A stretch of 64,000 nucleotides of DNA, from the NCBI GenBank assembly GCA_951406725.2, contig OX597816.1:5766001-5830000 (forward strand). The letters run 5' to 3'. The notes beneath the pieces were generated by a model. That model was not told the DNA's origin. It saw nothing but the letters and a program-made list of their open reading frames with translations, and made no database searches. The stretch comes from Octopus vulgaris. Lineage: Eukaryota. Made by a program: the position numbers and the translations under genes. Below, piece by piece: positions 51,663 to 64,000 of the stretch; within the stretch, counting starts at the first letter, position 1, and each line of letters starts with the position of its first letter.

Positions 51663-52468
51663 TATATACATATATATATATGTATGTATACACACACTCA
51701 CACAAACACATGTATGTATTATGTATTTATGAATGCATGCATGTGTGTATCTACGTATACACACACACACACAAAGTGTATATACCAGGTATGTAATCAT
51801 TGATGCAATTCTATCTTGAGGAACGTGAATTGGTGAGATTCTTTTAAATAGAATGGTTAAGATTATTTGTTCCGGGTCTCTTTACTCCGATTCCAGACCT
51901 CGCCGAGATCATTCTTTCGAGGTCAGCAAACTTGAAGGAGTTGATGTCCAATCCTTTTAGGACTTGTGCTTGTGCTATTAAAATTCTTCATTTAAGTGAT
52001 GTCTTCCAAAACACATTATTCGGTTTCAAATACCAGGAGAGATAGAAAATAATTTACTCTTTATTTGTTTCTCACATTTAGATATATTTATATTTTCGAA
52101 TATATTCATGTTTTAGTCTCTATAGAACTTGTCTGTTAATTTCTGTAATGTTTGAATAATGTAATGTTTCTGATGTTTTGTAAAAAAAATTCTGATTGAA
52201 AGCGCATTATACCTGAACATTTTTTTTTAGGTATAAACAATTTTAAATGTCAAACAATGAAAGAATAAAGGTATTTTTTTTTATCTTCCATTGTATTTCA
52301 AATGGCGAACTTCAGTTTTTGTTGAAATATTTTTTAATTGGAAATTATAAAGACTGAGATTCAATAAATAACGTCTATCTATTTAGTGAGAAATGTTGAG
52401 CCAGAAACTAGCAGAACTCTTTTCGTAAACATGATTTACTAGTAACATATATATATACAAGGCTACAA

Positions 52469-52685
52469 GGCGGCGAGTTGGTAGAGGCATTAGCACGCCG
52501 GGTAAAATACTTAGTGGTATTTCGTCCGTACCTTTCGTTCTGAGTTCAAATTCCACCAAGATCGCCTGTGCCTTTCGGGATCGATAAATTATGTACCAGT
52601 TGAATATTGGGGTCTATGTACTTATTCCTCATTCGGATTGCTGACCTTGCGAAAGTGCTGAAATTCCTGGCAAAATTTTAAATCA
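52469..52685 (+). mobile_element. Nin-SINE, diverged
   Basis: GGCGGCGAGTTGGTAGAG...TCGATAAATTATGTACCAG. Confidence 0.7.
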
Positions 52686-52876
52686 ATATGTACAGATTTC
52701 CAATGGCAACAATGAAAGAAAAGATCCTTTTCTATCTTCTAAGACATTTGAAGCCACGCACTAACGTTTATCGTTAATCCTTGCATAAAGTCATAATTAT
52801 ATAAACTTACAATTACAAAGAGAGTAAGAATCACATTTTGAACTTCTTTTCTTTTTAAAGAAAAAATTCAGTTTAG

Positions 52877-53058
52877 TGGCAGACGTGGTTGTGTGCTGAG
52901 AAATTTGTTTCCCACAAGTTTCCGGGTTCAGTCTCACTGCGTGGCACAAGGGCAAGTGTCTTCTACTGTAGACTCGGGCCGAACAAAACCTTGTGAATGA
53001 ATTGTGTAGACAGAAACTGAAAAAACAACCTATCGTATTGTGTGTGTGTGTGTTTGTT

Positions 53059-53123
<65 letters not shown>

Positions 53124-53322
53124 TCCTCCACCACCACCGCTAGAGAACTAGTGGTGATCTATTTAAGACACCGAACTTAGCGGTTCGACAAAAGAGAGTG
53201 ATCGATTTAAGAACCACGGGCTATATAAGATAAAAATACTGAGGTCGATTTGTTTGACTCAAATTCTTCAAGGTGGTGCTCCAGCATGGCCGCAGTGTAA
53301 TGACTGAAACAAGTAAAAGAAA
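52877..53322 (+). mobile_element. CORE-type SINE (family A), diverged, internal (GT)n
   Basis: Head CCGGGTTCAGTCTCACTGCGTGGCAC; tail GCTCCAGCATGGCCGCAGTGTAATGACTGAAACAAGTAAAAG. Confidence 0.8.
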
Positions 53323-53409
53323 AAAGGTGTGCGCGTGTGAGCGTAGTCTGTTGTCGAGAGGTAAGAGCAATGTCTACCTCGGCGGAATGTCTTGTTTCTT
53401 ATTTCATAC

Positions 53410-53755
53410 GGGTTCCAAATTTTGGCACAAGGCCGGCAATTTCTGATTTAGGGGCCAGTCGATTAAGTCGACTCCATTGCGCAACTGGTGCTTGTTTCAT
53501 TTATTCCGAAAGGATAAATGTCAAAGTCGACCTCAGCAGAATTTCTTCTTATTTCATATTAGAGGATGGTCAAACGCAGTGAGTTGTGGGAATCGTTAGC
53601 TCGCAGAACCAAATACTCAGCGGCTTTTCGTCCGTCTTTACGTTCCGAGTTCAAATTCCGCCGAGGTTGACTTTACCTCTCGTAGCATTCGGTCGATGTA
53701 ATCATCTTACGCCTTTCTCCGAAATTACTGGCATTGTGTCCAAATTTGAAACCGT
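53410..53755. mobile_element. Two divergent Nin-SINE fragments (minus 53410-53545, plus 53575-53755)
   Basis: Family B motifs in opposite orientations; direct repeat TTTCTTATTTCATA-like around the first. Confidence 0.65.
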
Positions 53756-54496
53756 ATTACAGGATGGTCAGTTTAGAAATATTTATCACTTGACCGGAAA
53801 ATTCGACATTTCCTCTCGTCAGGAAATCTAGAATCAAACATTATCTATTTTCAATGCATCGACTTTTACCGATAAAAACCTCACGTTATGAATGCGCGTG
53901 GTTATATTGGATAATACCGCGGTTGGATTTATTCCTTTTGTTAATATTCTAGTAAAACATCATAGCAACAAGACAAAAGTAATTATATTTATTTCCCAAA
54001 ACATATTCTGTCTGATCATATTTAAATTCCCTTTCACTTGATAAGACTTTTTTTATAAGATTTCTCATTTATCATCTGAAAACCATTATCGTCCTTCATT
54101 TCCCAGTTAAAAACTATCAAGTTATTAATTTTTAACTAATCTTTAACCTGGTTGTGAAAGATTTATATCCTAAAACCGCTGAAAATCCATGCATAGAAAA
54201 GTCGAAGAGATTTTTTTTCTTTCGTAAGAGCAATTTTAATATTCCCAGATAACGCCACCATTTTCTCTTCGTTTTTCAACCGAAGCAAGCAATAACCACA
54301 TATAACTAGGAGACAACATGGAGTACGATTATTCTTGCCTTCTATCTTTAAAACCATTCTTTTTATCAAAGTCGCACAAATTTCCATATAAACGTGAGTG
54401 TATGTTAGTGTCGTGAGTGTAAACTGTTAGTAATTGTAAGTTTATATAATTAACTTCGTGGGGAAGACAAAAAGGATCTTTTCTTTCATTGTTGCG

Positions 54497-54534
<38 letters not shown>

Positions 54535-54924
54535 TTCATTTATCACACACAGGCGATATATATATATATATATATACATACATATAATATGTATATATAA
54601 AGTAAAAAAACAAATATAGTATATTGGACACTATAACGTTTCGAGCGGAGCTCTTCGTTGGAAACATAGAAGGAAAGATCAGAGAAGGGACGACAGAGGA
54701 AAAATCACCAACGGTACACACGAGGTTACATTTGAAATATATACAAATATATACATATATAAAAATGAATAGATAAATAAAAATCAAAAGAGGATAAAAA
54801 AACTTGTGGATTTAGCGGCCAATCATAGCAACTATCCGTATTATATTAATGCTTGTTTTATGGCCGAATTATAATATTGAAATAAAAGTAATGTTTATTA
54901 AACTGAAAGCTTTATGTTGTATCT

Positions 54925-55110
54925 TCTACTTGTTTCAGTCATTGCACTGAAAGAATCATTAGTCGAATGCATCTCACCCCGGGACAGGTTTTTTTAAGCC
55001 TTGTACTTATTCTATCGAAATCATTTGTCGAACTGCTAGTTTACGAGGATGTAAACAAACCAGCACCGGTTGATAGGCGATGGTGGAGACAAGCATAAAC
55101 ACAGACATAC
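54925..55110 (-). mobile_element. Family A SINE 3' half
   Basis: TACTTGTTTCAGTCATTG...GTACTTATTCTATCG...GTAAACAAACCAGCACCGGTTG. Confidence 0.65.
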
Positions 55111-55255
55111 GCGCTCCCTTTCGATTTCATTCCTGGTTCTCCAGGTAAGTATTATTGTGAACGTGATAAACCCCATACAGTAACTCACTCGCTGTGTATT
55201 ACTTTAACGTAATACTATCAAATTAATCATATTCACTCACTCAATCCCCAATACA

Positions 55256-56148
55256 TCTATATATATAAAACTGTAGTTGTGTGAGTGTCTGTCCCCTTCG
55301 ATTTAGATTCCTAACTACTCCCACATTTTGCAGTGCAGTTTAACCAAATTCGGGTATCTTATAGTCGTGATTCATATCGAGCCCGTCTGAGTATTAGCGC
55401 GCGTCTACGATGAGTCTACGATTTAAAAAATAATTTAACATCATTTTTTATTCCATTTTAATGCATAATTTTTCGTGTGTTGATGGCGGCGGAGTTGACG
55501 TCCACGCTCAAACACCTGCACCTGTGTTTGCTTCTCCCCCTTCTTCCCTCCCTCGTGAAGCTGTGGGGAAGAGAGTGTAAGGAAATCAACGTCGTAAAGC
55601 GTTGTCAAGGAGACCAGCGTTCTTTTAGAACAACGACTTCATGGCTTGAAGACACCAAAACAGAAATGGCTAAGAAAGCCCGAATTGGCATCTATAAAGG
55701 AAGTAACTCTCTAAAAATGATCATATTCACTCACTCAATCCCCAATACATCTTTATATATAAAAGTGAGGTTGTGTGCTGTCTGTCTCCTACGATTTAGA
55801 TTCCTAACTACTCCCACATTTTGCGGTGCAGTTTAACCAAAACCGGGTATCTTATAGTCGTGATTCATATCGAGCCCTTCTGGGTATTGGCGCGCGTCTA
55901 CGATGAGTCTACGATTTAAAAAAAAATTACCATCAATTTTTCCCATTTTAATGCATTTTTGGCATATATAAGGGAAGTAACTCTCTAAAAATTTATTATT
56001 AAATCTCAGAACGTAAAAGGCTACAGTAACACCCCCCCCCCCCTTTGTGGTTAGCCATATTGAGATGGCTATTATACTTTACATCTCTAAAAATGCTTAT
56101 ATAGTTATTTCCCTTACTAACCCGAGCAACGCCGGGCGATACTGCTAG
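55256..56148 (+). mobile_element. Tandem non-autonomous Helitron (3'-truncated unit 55256-55719, complete unit 55750-56148)
   Basis: Both units start A|TC(TA/TT)TATATATAAAA and share ~200 bp. The second ends CCCGAGCAACGCCGGGCGATACTGCTAG|T, as at 1500-1527. Confidence 0.85.
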
Positions 56149-56621
56149 TTAACTATAAATCTAAATTACCCATTATGACCAAATCCCAACCCTGTAGCGC
56201 TAACGAGATATTCTGAAAACTCTACATCCGTGACTCATGAAATACTGTTCGTCGATAGAGAAAAACAAATCTCCTAAATAAGCCTAATCAAGAATTCGTC
56301 AATTGCAAGCATAGATGCAGGCTTACATTCAAGAACATTAGGAAAGAGAATGGATAGCTTGAACAGGAAGTTATTTATTTATCACACATTTTTTAAAGTT
56401 GCTTTCACTGTTTTTATTTTTATTGTGTTTCTCTTCTTTATTTTACTTTATTTTAGTTTATATTTTGTATCGTTATTTTATGTCATCACTTCCTCTAAAT
56501 TTTTATTTCAGTTTGATCGTATTTTATCCCCACTCCCTCCATCCATCTCGTATTCCTCACTTCATTTGCATCTATCAATCTATCTATCACTTCTTCCCCG
56601 TTGTTTTTGTCTTTATTTCAT

Positions 56622-56682
56622 TTCTTCTTCTTCTTCTTCTTCTTCTTCTTCTTCTTCTTCTTCTTCTTCTTCTTCTTCTTCC

Positions 56683-56737
<55 letters not shown>
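56622..56737. repeat. (TTC)n(TTA)n compound microsatellite
   Basis: Direct reading. Confidence 0.95.
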
Positions 56738-56739
<2 letters not shown>

Positions 56740-56852
56740 CTTCGTAACACAGTGTAGGTAAAAATGCACCGCAGTCTTTAGTCATCTGTCAAGTCACAAT
56801 AAGGACCCCAGACAGATAATGCTTTCCTTAAGATGTGTGCTGCAAAGCATCA

Positions 56853-56908
<56 letters not shown>

Positions 56909-56909
56909 G

Positions 56910-57115
56910 AGATAGCCAACTGGTACAGACGTTAGCGCGCTGGGCAATATGCTTAGCGGTATTTTGTCCGTCTGGACGTTCTGAGTTCAAATTTTGCCGA
57001 GCTCGACTTTGTCTTTCATCTCTTTCGGAGTCCATGCAATAAGTACCAATAGAGCACTAGGTTTGACTTAATCCCGTCCCAGAAATTGCTTGCCTTGTGC
57101 CAAAATTTGAAACCA
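56910..57115 (+). mobile_element. Nin-SINE (variant tail) embedded in (TTA)n
   Basis: GTTCTGAGTTCAAATTTTGCCGAG...AATAAGTACCA...CCTTGTGCCAAAATTTGAAACC. Confidence 0.75.
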
Positions 57116-57116
57116 A

Positions 57117-57184
<68 letters not shown>

Positions 57185-58453
57185 TCAAAATGGCAGAATT
57201 GTTAACAATTGTTAACAGTGACATTTATTCCGCTTCAAATTCTGAGATCAAATTCCGCCGTAAAGACGGACAAACTGCTGTTACACATTTTGCCCGGCAT
57301 GCTAACGACTTTGCCACCTCGACGTCTTCAGGTCTGCTATAATTGGCCAACAAATCTGCTGCAGCTCTCGTCCACCCCTTTTCAAATGGATGAATGTGTC
57401 ACATAAAATAATCTTCAATACCATGAAAAGAGACGTAATAGTAACCGCTTGGATGTCTGCAGAAAGAGATAGTTCCGTGTTGGAGATATGTAGTTTCTCT
57501 AAATGCTCAGACTCTATTTATAAAAAAAAAACGGTAAAAAGACCATTATCGCCAAACAATTTCTAAAATCCCCAAAACGCATTTACTAAAACAACCACAA
57601 AAATACAAAGAACAGCATTTGCAAAAAATAAACTAAACATAAATAAATTTTTGAATCGATGACAATAACATTAGTAACAAGAACAACAACAACAGCAACA
57701 GCAACAAAACTTGTAGAATATATACTTTTTCCCAATATGTGAGCTTTGCTTAGAACACTTTAAAAATGCCATCAACTCGGCTCTCAACAATAAATCATAG
57801 ATTTTAATACCAACAAATATTAAGTGTTTTTAGATAGGAAGAAAGATAAGAAAAAGAAACAAATCTATGGAATGTTTCAGAATTTTAATTATAGGTATAT
57901 TTGTGTTAACTGCATCTTTATTTTAATTACTAAATATTTAGCGATGTCAAAATCTTAAATTAATGTTTCAGAATTTAATTTCTAAAGATTGTTTTAAAAT
58001 TACAGACGAAAGTGTCAAGATTAATGAAAGGAAATTGTAAAATAGTAAAAATTTCGATATTTATTCAAATTAAAATGCTGTGTTTAGTTCTAATTTAAAG
58101 GTCGCCGTTAGAGTAACCCACAGTTATATTACCTAATTTGTCAACTATTAATTTCCTGTTCGTTAAGATAGATAAAAAGTAACATGTAGAAATTTTTCTT
58201 CTTACTTTTGGCAGTTGCAACTGTGATGTCTGTTACTACTCGACTCAAGGGATTTCAGGTTCCTGTTAACTTTGGAAGGTCCTCAATTTCATATTGTGAG
58301 TCCCAGTTCAAAATATATAATTGAGTGGTCTGCTTCCTATTAGAATGCGAAAGTTTCAGCAGAATATAGCCAGACTGGTGTGGTCCGATGGTGAGAGTTC
58401 GTACGATTTCTGTGTCCGGCAAAGCCTACTCTCTGTTGAGCAACAATAACAGT

Positions 58454-58830
58454 GGAGGCACAATGGCCCAGTGGTTAGGGTAGCGGACTCGCGGTCGGAG
58501 GATCGCGGTTTCGATTCCCAGCCTGGCGTTGTGTGTGTTTATTGAGCGAAAAGAATCTAAAGCTCCACGAGGCTCCGGCAGGGGGGTGGCGACCCCTGTT
58601 GTACTCTTTCGGCCCAACTTTCTCTCACTCTTTCTTCCTGTTTCTTGTCCTTGACTTCCTACGCAACCGCTGATCCTGGATGCGCATTCATCCATCCGTC
58701 GATGCTCTCGGTTTCGGGGGTTGACCTGCTTTCTCTTCTGCGGGTCTTACGAATAGCAAAGGACCAGGTTTCGGACTTCTCCCATCTTGCGATTCTGAGA
58801 CGAAGACCGTTCGCTCAACAGCAACAAAAG
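58454..58830 (+). mobile_element. tRNA-derived SINE (family D) with CAA-type tail
   Basis: A box TGGCCCAGTGG, B box GGTTTCGATTCC. Flanked by an imperfect direct repeat AGCAACAATAACAG / AGCAACAAAAGCAG. Confidence 0.7.
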
Positions 58831-59433
58831 CAGAGTTGCGTCGAATGGGCCCAAAATTCTTGTCTTTTGATTCGTCTCCAGATCATGGGATGTTTTTAAT
58901 ACTCGTAAGAAGACTGGGGTACGTACCATTAAGTCAGTCTTCAAGCGCGTTTGTTCATGGTTTTAAACAGAATGAAAACCAAGACAAATAGGATGATATG
59001 CACCAATATTGTATTCCGAAATGAGAGTTCAATACTGGTATATCATGGAATCAATACAATGGAAGAAGTAAAAGAGCAGTTGATTGCCAAACGTCAACGA
59101 CGGTGGCAAACGTAAAGAATCAATAATCAGTATCGCAACTCTTCGATATTAATTGCCAAATGTTGAACTGCCAATCAAATTTCAAACATTCCTAACATAG
59201 AGATTTTTGAAAATAGAAATAATATATTTCTAAATCTCTCAGAGAGATTTATGCAGCAACAGCGCGATAAAATGATAGTATGTTGTCAACTTAATGCGAC
59301 AGTCCCATGAAAGGGAAGAATGCTACTGTTATTTAACCCTAGGAATCACCGTTTCCTGTTGGACTTGACACAATGCTTGTGTCCTTATGTTTTCAAAGTG
59401 GAAATAAGCACCTCCACCCAGCAAAACCAGCTT

Positions 59434-59474
59434 CCAGAGACTAGTTTCAGAGTCCTTGCTCCTCATCAGACTGG
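59434..59474 (-). ncRNA. Minimal type-I hammerhead ribozyme (unit 1)
   Basis: ccagu-CUGAUGA-g gag caagga cuc u-GAAA-cuag-UC-ucugg; U/U mismatch next to the core. Confidence 0.78.
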
Positions 59475-59771
59475 AGTAGCATGGCATGATAGCTGTCGAT
59501 GCCTTTGAAAACATATATATTTCAAGTGAAATACATTCACTGGTTTTTGAAAATAGAAATAATACATTTCTAAATCTCTGAGAGAGATTTATGCAGTAGC
59601 AACACAATAAAGTGATAGCATGTTGTCAACTTAATGCGACAGTCCCATGAAAGGGAAGAATGCTACTGTTATTTAACCTAGGAAACACCGTTTCCTGTTG
59701 GATTTGACTCATTTCCTGTGCCCTTATGTTTTCAAAGTGGAAATAAGCACCTCCACCCAGCAAAGCCAGCA

Positions 59772-59814
59772 TCCAGAGACTAGTTTCAGAGTCATTGCTC
59801 CTCATCAGTCTGGA
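59772..59814 (-). ncRNA. Minimal type-I hammerhead ribozyme (unit 2)
   Basis: uccaga-CUGAUGA-g gag caauga cuc u-GAAA-cuag-UC-ucugga. Perfect 6-bp stem I, GUC cleavage triplet, palindromic helix III CUAG. Confidence 0.85.
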
Positions 59815-60346
59815 GTAGCATGACTTTGCTAGCTGTCGATGCCTATGAAAACATATATTTCAAGTAAAATACTTTCACTGATTTTTGAAAATAGAAATGA
59901 TACATTTCTAAATCTCTCAGAGAGATTTATGCAGTAGCAGCACGATTAAGTGATTGGATGTTGTCAACTTAATGTGACAGTCCCATGAAAGGGAAGAATG
60001 CTACTGTTATTTAGCCCTAGGAAACACCGTTTCCTCTTGTGAAGTCCAACAGGAAACGGTATTTCCTAGGGTTAAATAGCAGTAGCATTCTTCCCTTTGA
60101 TGGGACGGTCACATTATGTTGACAATATGCTAATACTGAGATTTTTTTCTATTTCTGATTTCTCTGTTGCTGAGACGTTCACAGATTTTACTGCAACACA
60201 CTCAGAAAACAACTACACTCATCTGTATAAGATTATATTTCCTTGGGATCCCAAAGATGTTTGGTCTAAAACTCTCCTATCCATTTACGAAACCGAACAC
60301 GTGATTCATAGTAAGAAATTCTGTCTCTTTCCGAAACTGAGAAATA

Positions 60347-60578
60347 CCTATTTTTTACTACCCACCAGGGGCTAAACACAAAGAGGACAAACAAGGACAG
60401 ACAAACGGATTAAGTCGATTACATCGACCCCAGTGCGTAACTAATACTTAATTTATCGAACCCGAAAGGATGAAAGGCAAAGTCGACCTCGGCAAAGTAT
60501 GAACTCAGAACGTAACGGCAGACGAAATACGGCCACGCATTTCGCCCGGCGTGCTAACGGTTCTGCCAACTCGCCCCC
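60347..60578 (-). mobile_element. Nin-SINE
   Basis: Reverse consensus; TSD CTGAGAAATA (60338-60347 and 60585-60594). Confidence 0.85.
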
Positions 60579-60916
60579 TTCTGTCTGAGAAATATATTCA
60601 CTACGGATATAGTTTGCTTGAATAAAATGTCAAGCATTCTATAAAGGCACTACGCTGATAAACATCATCGAATTAGTCTTTATTGACTCATAGATTCACT
60701 CATCATTTCTGTCGCTTCTAAAATTTACATAATTGGATAAAATATATCTACGGGTAAATATTTATACTTTTCATCTTTACAATTACGAGCAAAACATTAC
60801 ATCAAAATATTGCAAAGTTCTCACATCATTGAAGTCGTTAATGTAACACAGATGAAAATCTATTGTGATATATTGTGCTTTTGTGGCGCACCTGAGCACT
60901 GTATACAATAATTTCA

Positions 60917-60934
60917 TTATTATTATTATTATTA

Positions 60935-60968
<34 letters not shown>

Positions 60969-60973
60969 CATCA

Positions 60974-61033
<60 letters not shown>

Positions 61034-61035
61034 TA
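60917..61035. repeat. (ATT)n/(ATC)n microsatellite
   Basis: Direct reading. Confidence 0.95.
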
Positions 61036-63079
61036 TGGAAAAGAATGGAGTCACAAGCCAGCAAAATAAAGAATAGTTGCTTTTCAATTCTTCCAGGAAT
61101 TAATTATCATCTCATTCCCACCCAATAACGTGGAAGTGCATTCTCTCAAAGAAACGAAAGGAAGAATACTCTCGACAACCTACAATATGGTGAAGTGTTT
61201 GGTCGTGATTCAGTAATCCAGTGACAACTAATTAAGAATTACATAACCTTTTCATTGACCTCATCAATTGTCTGAAACGGTTCTACAAATCAATAGATTT
61301 AAAAGGCCACAACCTCAATCGGCGTTTTATTTTCGCCATGCTCCAGTGACCATCAGGAACTTTCTGCTATACTGCCACAGAGGAGCATTGTTTATCTGAA
61401 ATGTCATTGATTCTAGGAGCTGTTATTATGCAAAATGAATGTTGATCCTTGTTCGGGAAGTACAATGATATATTAACAAGAATTGGCGAAGATTATATAA
61501 ACATTAGATTCTATTGTTCGCTCAGTTCCCCAGATTTACGGATAAATGAAAACATCTTTTCTATGTCTCTTTCTCGATAAACAGCTGAAGATCTGGAACT
61601 ACAAAACATTCTTTGCTATGAAAAGATTATTTTTACCTCTTCATTTTGAAATGGGATTCCGGTATATCGATATTTCCTAATTCTAAAAGGGACTAGAATT
61701 GCCACGGTTCCTAACTAGAGATAACACCACAATGAAGAACTCATCACAATGCAGCGGAAGCCTGGAAAACATTTACCAATATCGAGCAAATCAGTTGCCT
61801 CCAACGACTCTTGTCCTGTTAGAATAATAGTCAAGTCTTGTGTAAATTCTACCCTACGCTGTCTGAAAACTATGTGACGTCACAGCTGGAATCCTGTAAA
61901 TCTGTGCGAAGAAGAGACTAAACTCAAGATTCTGATTTAGATGCAAGAAGAATGATTTGAATGCTGTGAGTTTTGTGGATACTTTCGTCTCCAGTTCTAG
62001 ACTGTTTTTTTTTAAATATTTTATCACTTTCGGCGAAATGAAAGGCAAGTGAAGATCTCGACTGGATTTGATCCTAGAATGTCAAGAGCCAGAAGAAATA
62101 TCGCAAAACATTTTATCCAATGCTCTAATGATCCTACCAGACGACCACTTTGAATGATAACACTTTAACGATGTTATAAGATACACAGAACATCTCTAAC
62201 AAGGCAAGCTTGCTCAAATTATTATGGAATGGGAATATTCGTTGAAAAAGTCATTGTCTGAAATGTCTCGTTCATAGGAAGATACACAGTTAAGGTATGG
62301 AAGCAACGGGCACCAGTCATATTTAAGAGATCTGCCTTAGACGATGAAAAAAATAACAGATCAGTTATTGTTTAGATGAAAAAGAATAAACTCCAACTTG
62401 ACTCGTTATGACAGATACATTACAAGCAGAAGCTAGAATTAAGCGCTGACCCAAATATTCAAAATGCGACGGAATAATCCAGTTTGCGGTGAACGCCAAC
62501 TGATCTTAAGTGGCACATTAATAAACAAAGATTGAAAGAGCAGCTATAAAATGTGATCTTTGCTGATATGACTTGAATGTTATTACGATGCCATTCACAA
62601 AATTGTTATATTGGAATGACATTTGAGCAGCTAAAATAATACAGATTATTAGTTTTCACCTCATTTGTCAGCGACGACATCTTCTGATAAAGCGCATTGA
62701 AATAACGCATATGCATGTGTGTGTGTGTTGTGTGAATGAATTATGTATATACAGCGTACACAAACACACAAATGCATATTTGAGTGTATGTGTGTCTATA
62801 TGTATGTATTTATATACAGAAAGATATATATATATATATATGTGCATACTTATGCGCACACACGCTCACACACATACACACACATGAGAAAAAATAATTG
62901 ACGTCACAACGTAAATACTTACGGCGACTACGATGTTTCGGTTGGCTGGCAATTATCAGACTGTACTTTATGAAAAATATGTACTTTACTGAAGAGTACT
63001 GAGTAATCTTTTAGGTTAATGTAAAAAATTTAATATCCAAGTCGAAAGAAAACAAAGATTAATATATTCCAAAACCAAA

Positions 63080-63296
63080 AAGGCAGCAATCTGATAGAAT
63101 CATTAACACGCCGAGCAAAATGCTTGGCGACATTTCGCCTGTCTTTAGGTTCTGAGTTCAAATTTAACCGAATTTGAGTTTGCCCTTCATTATTTTCGGG
63201 GCCGATAAAATAAGTACTAGTTGAACACTGAGGTCGATGTAATCGATTTACCCCATCCCTCTAACCTGCAGCCCTCGTGCCAAGATTTGAAACCAA
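63080..63296 (+). mobile_element. Nin-SINE (variant tail), diverged
   Basis: TTCTGAGTTCAAAT...TTTCGGGGCCGATAAAATAAGTACTAG...GTGCCAAGATTTGAAACC. Confidence 0.75.
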
Positions 63297-63599
63297 TAAA
63301 TGCATGCAAATAGTTACTTTCTCAGTCTGCTGCCTCTGGAGCAAAGCAGTGTCCACGGCCCTTCCAGGCTCTTCAAAACCAGTAAGATAGATGCCTTTAA
63401 GGTTTTGTACAAAATCTTAAGTCAACATCCGCAGAGAAGATATGAGTAGAGGTCAGGATTTTAATCTAAATTAAATGCATTCAAGCATTTAAATCTGACA
63501 TTAACAACGAGAAACTTTAGGTACTTAAAGAGTTAAGAAGGCAAACTTAAAGTTATTTCAAAATTGGTGTCTGAAAATAATTGGTACCTGCCATCTTTT

Positions 63600-63799
63600 A
63601 TCTTTTATATTTAATGTGCTACATATTTCGGCCATGCTGGGGCACCACCTTAAAAATCTTAGTCTGGTACTTAATCTTTCGGAGTCTTTTGTTGAAACGC
63701 TTGGTTGCGGAGGAGTAAACAGACCAGCAGTAACTGTCAGGCGGTGGTGGGGAACAAACACAGACAAAAAGACATACACACACACGTACATATATGTGT

Positions 63800-63871
<72 letters not shown>

Positions 63872-63893
63872 ACGACGAGCGTCTTTCAGTTTC
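63600..63893 (-). mobile_element. Family A SINE 3' part, followed by a Nin-SINE fragment running off the window end (63920-64000)
   Basis: GGCCATGCTGGGGCACCACC...ACGACGAGCGTCTTTCAGTTT, then ACAAGGACAGACAAACGGATTAAGTC...GTAACTGGTACTTATTT. Confidence 0.7.
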
Positions 63894-64000
63894 TTATTTC
63901 TGTACTGTCCACAAGCTGCTACACACAGAGGGGAACAACAAGGACAGACAAACGGATTAAGTCAATTATATCGACCCCAGTGCGTAACTGGTACTTATTT

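Larger units (their letters stand above)
59202..60132 (-). mobile_element. Hammerhead-containing tandem array (~339-bp unit x2.5) with terminal inverted partial copy; retrozyme / PLE pLTR-like
   Basis: TTTTTGAAAATAGAAAT at 59204, 59544 and 59882. 60042-60132 is the reverse complement of part of the unit. Confidence 0.8.

Noticed and set aside
58454-58525. tRNA-like sequence (also 4795-4869 minus and the family A heads)
   Set aside because: A/B boxes are present, but there is no complete cloverleaf acceptor stem and the sequence continues into SINE bodies.

Overview
AT-rich, repeat-saturated eukaryotic DNA with no confidently identifiable host protein-coding gene. The SINE families and (TA)n/(CA)n density point to an octopus (cephalopod) genome; this is an inference from recognition, not a database result. 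Most ORF-track entries are microsatellite artefacts (YIYI, HTHT, poly-I). Supported content: many copies of a CORE-type tRNA-SINE and a Nin-domain tRNA-SINE plus rarer tRNA-SINEs; decayed Penelope-like elements (PLE; RT and GIY-YIG); RTE and R4/Dong LINE fragments; Tc1/mariner remnants; a piggyBac-type MITE; and three non-autonomous Helitron loci. The most notable signal is RNA-structural. Minimal type-I hammerhead ribozyme cores (CUGANGA...GAAA-palindrome-UH) recur across the window, mostly in short modules flanked by (TA)n and often as inverted repeats. One 339-bp tandem array (59202-60132) has a hammerhead in each complete unit and looks like a non-LTR retrozyme or PLE pLTR array. Coordinates of decayed elements are approximate.
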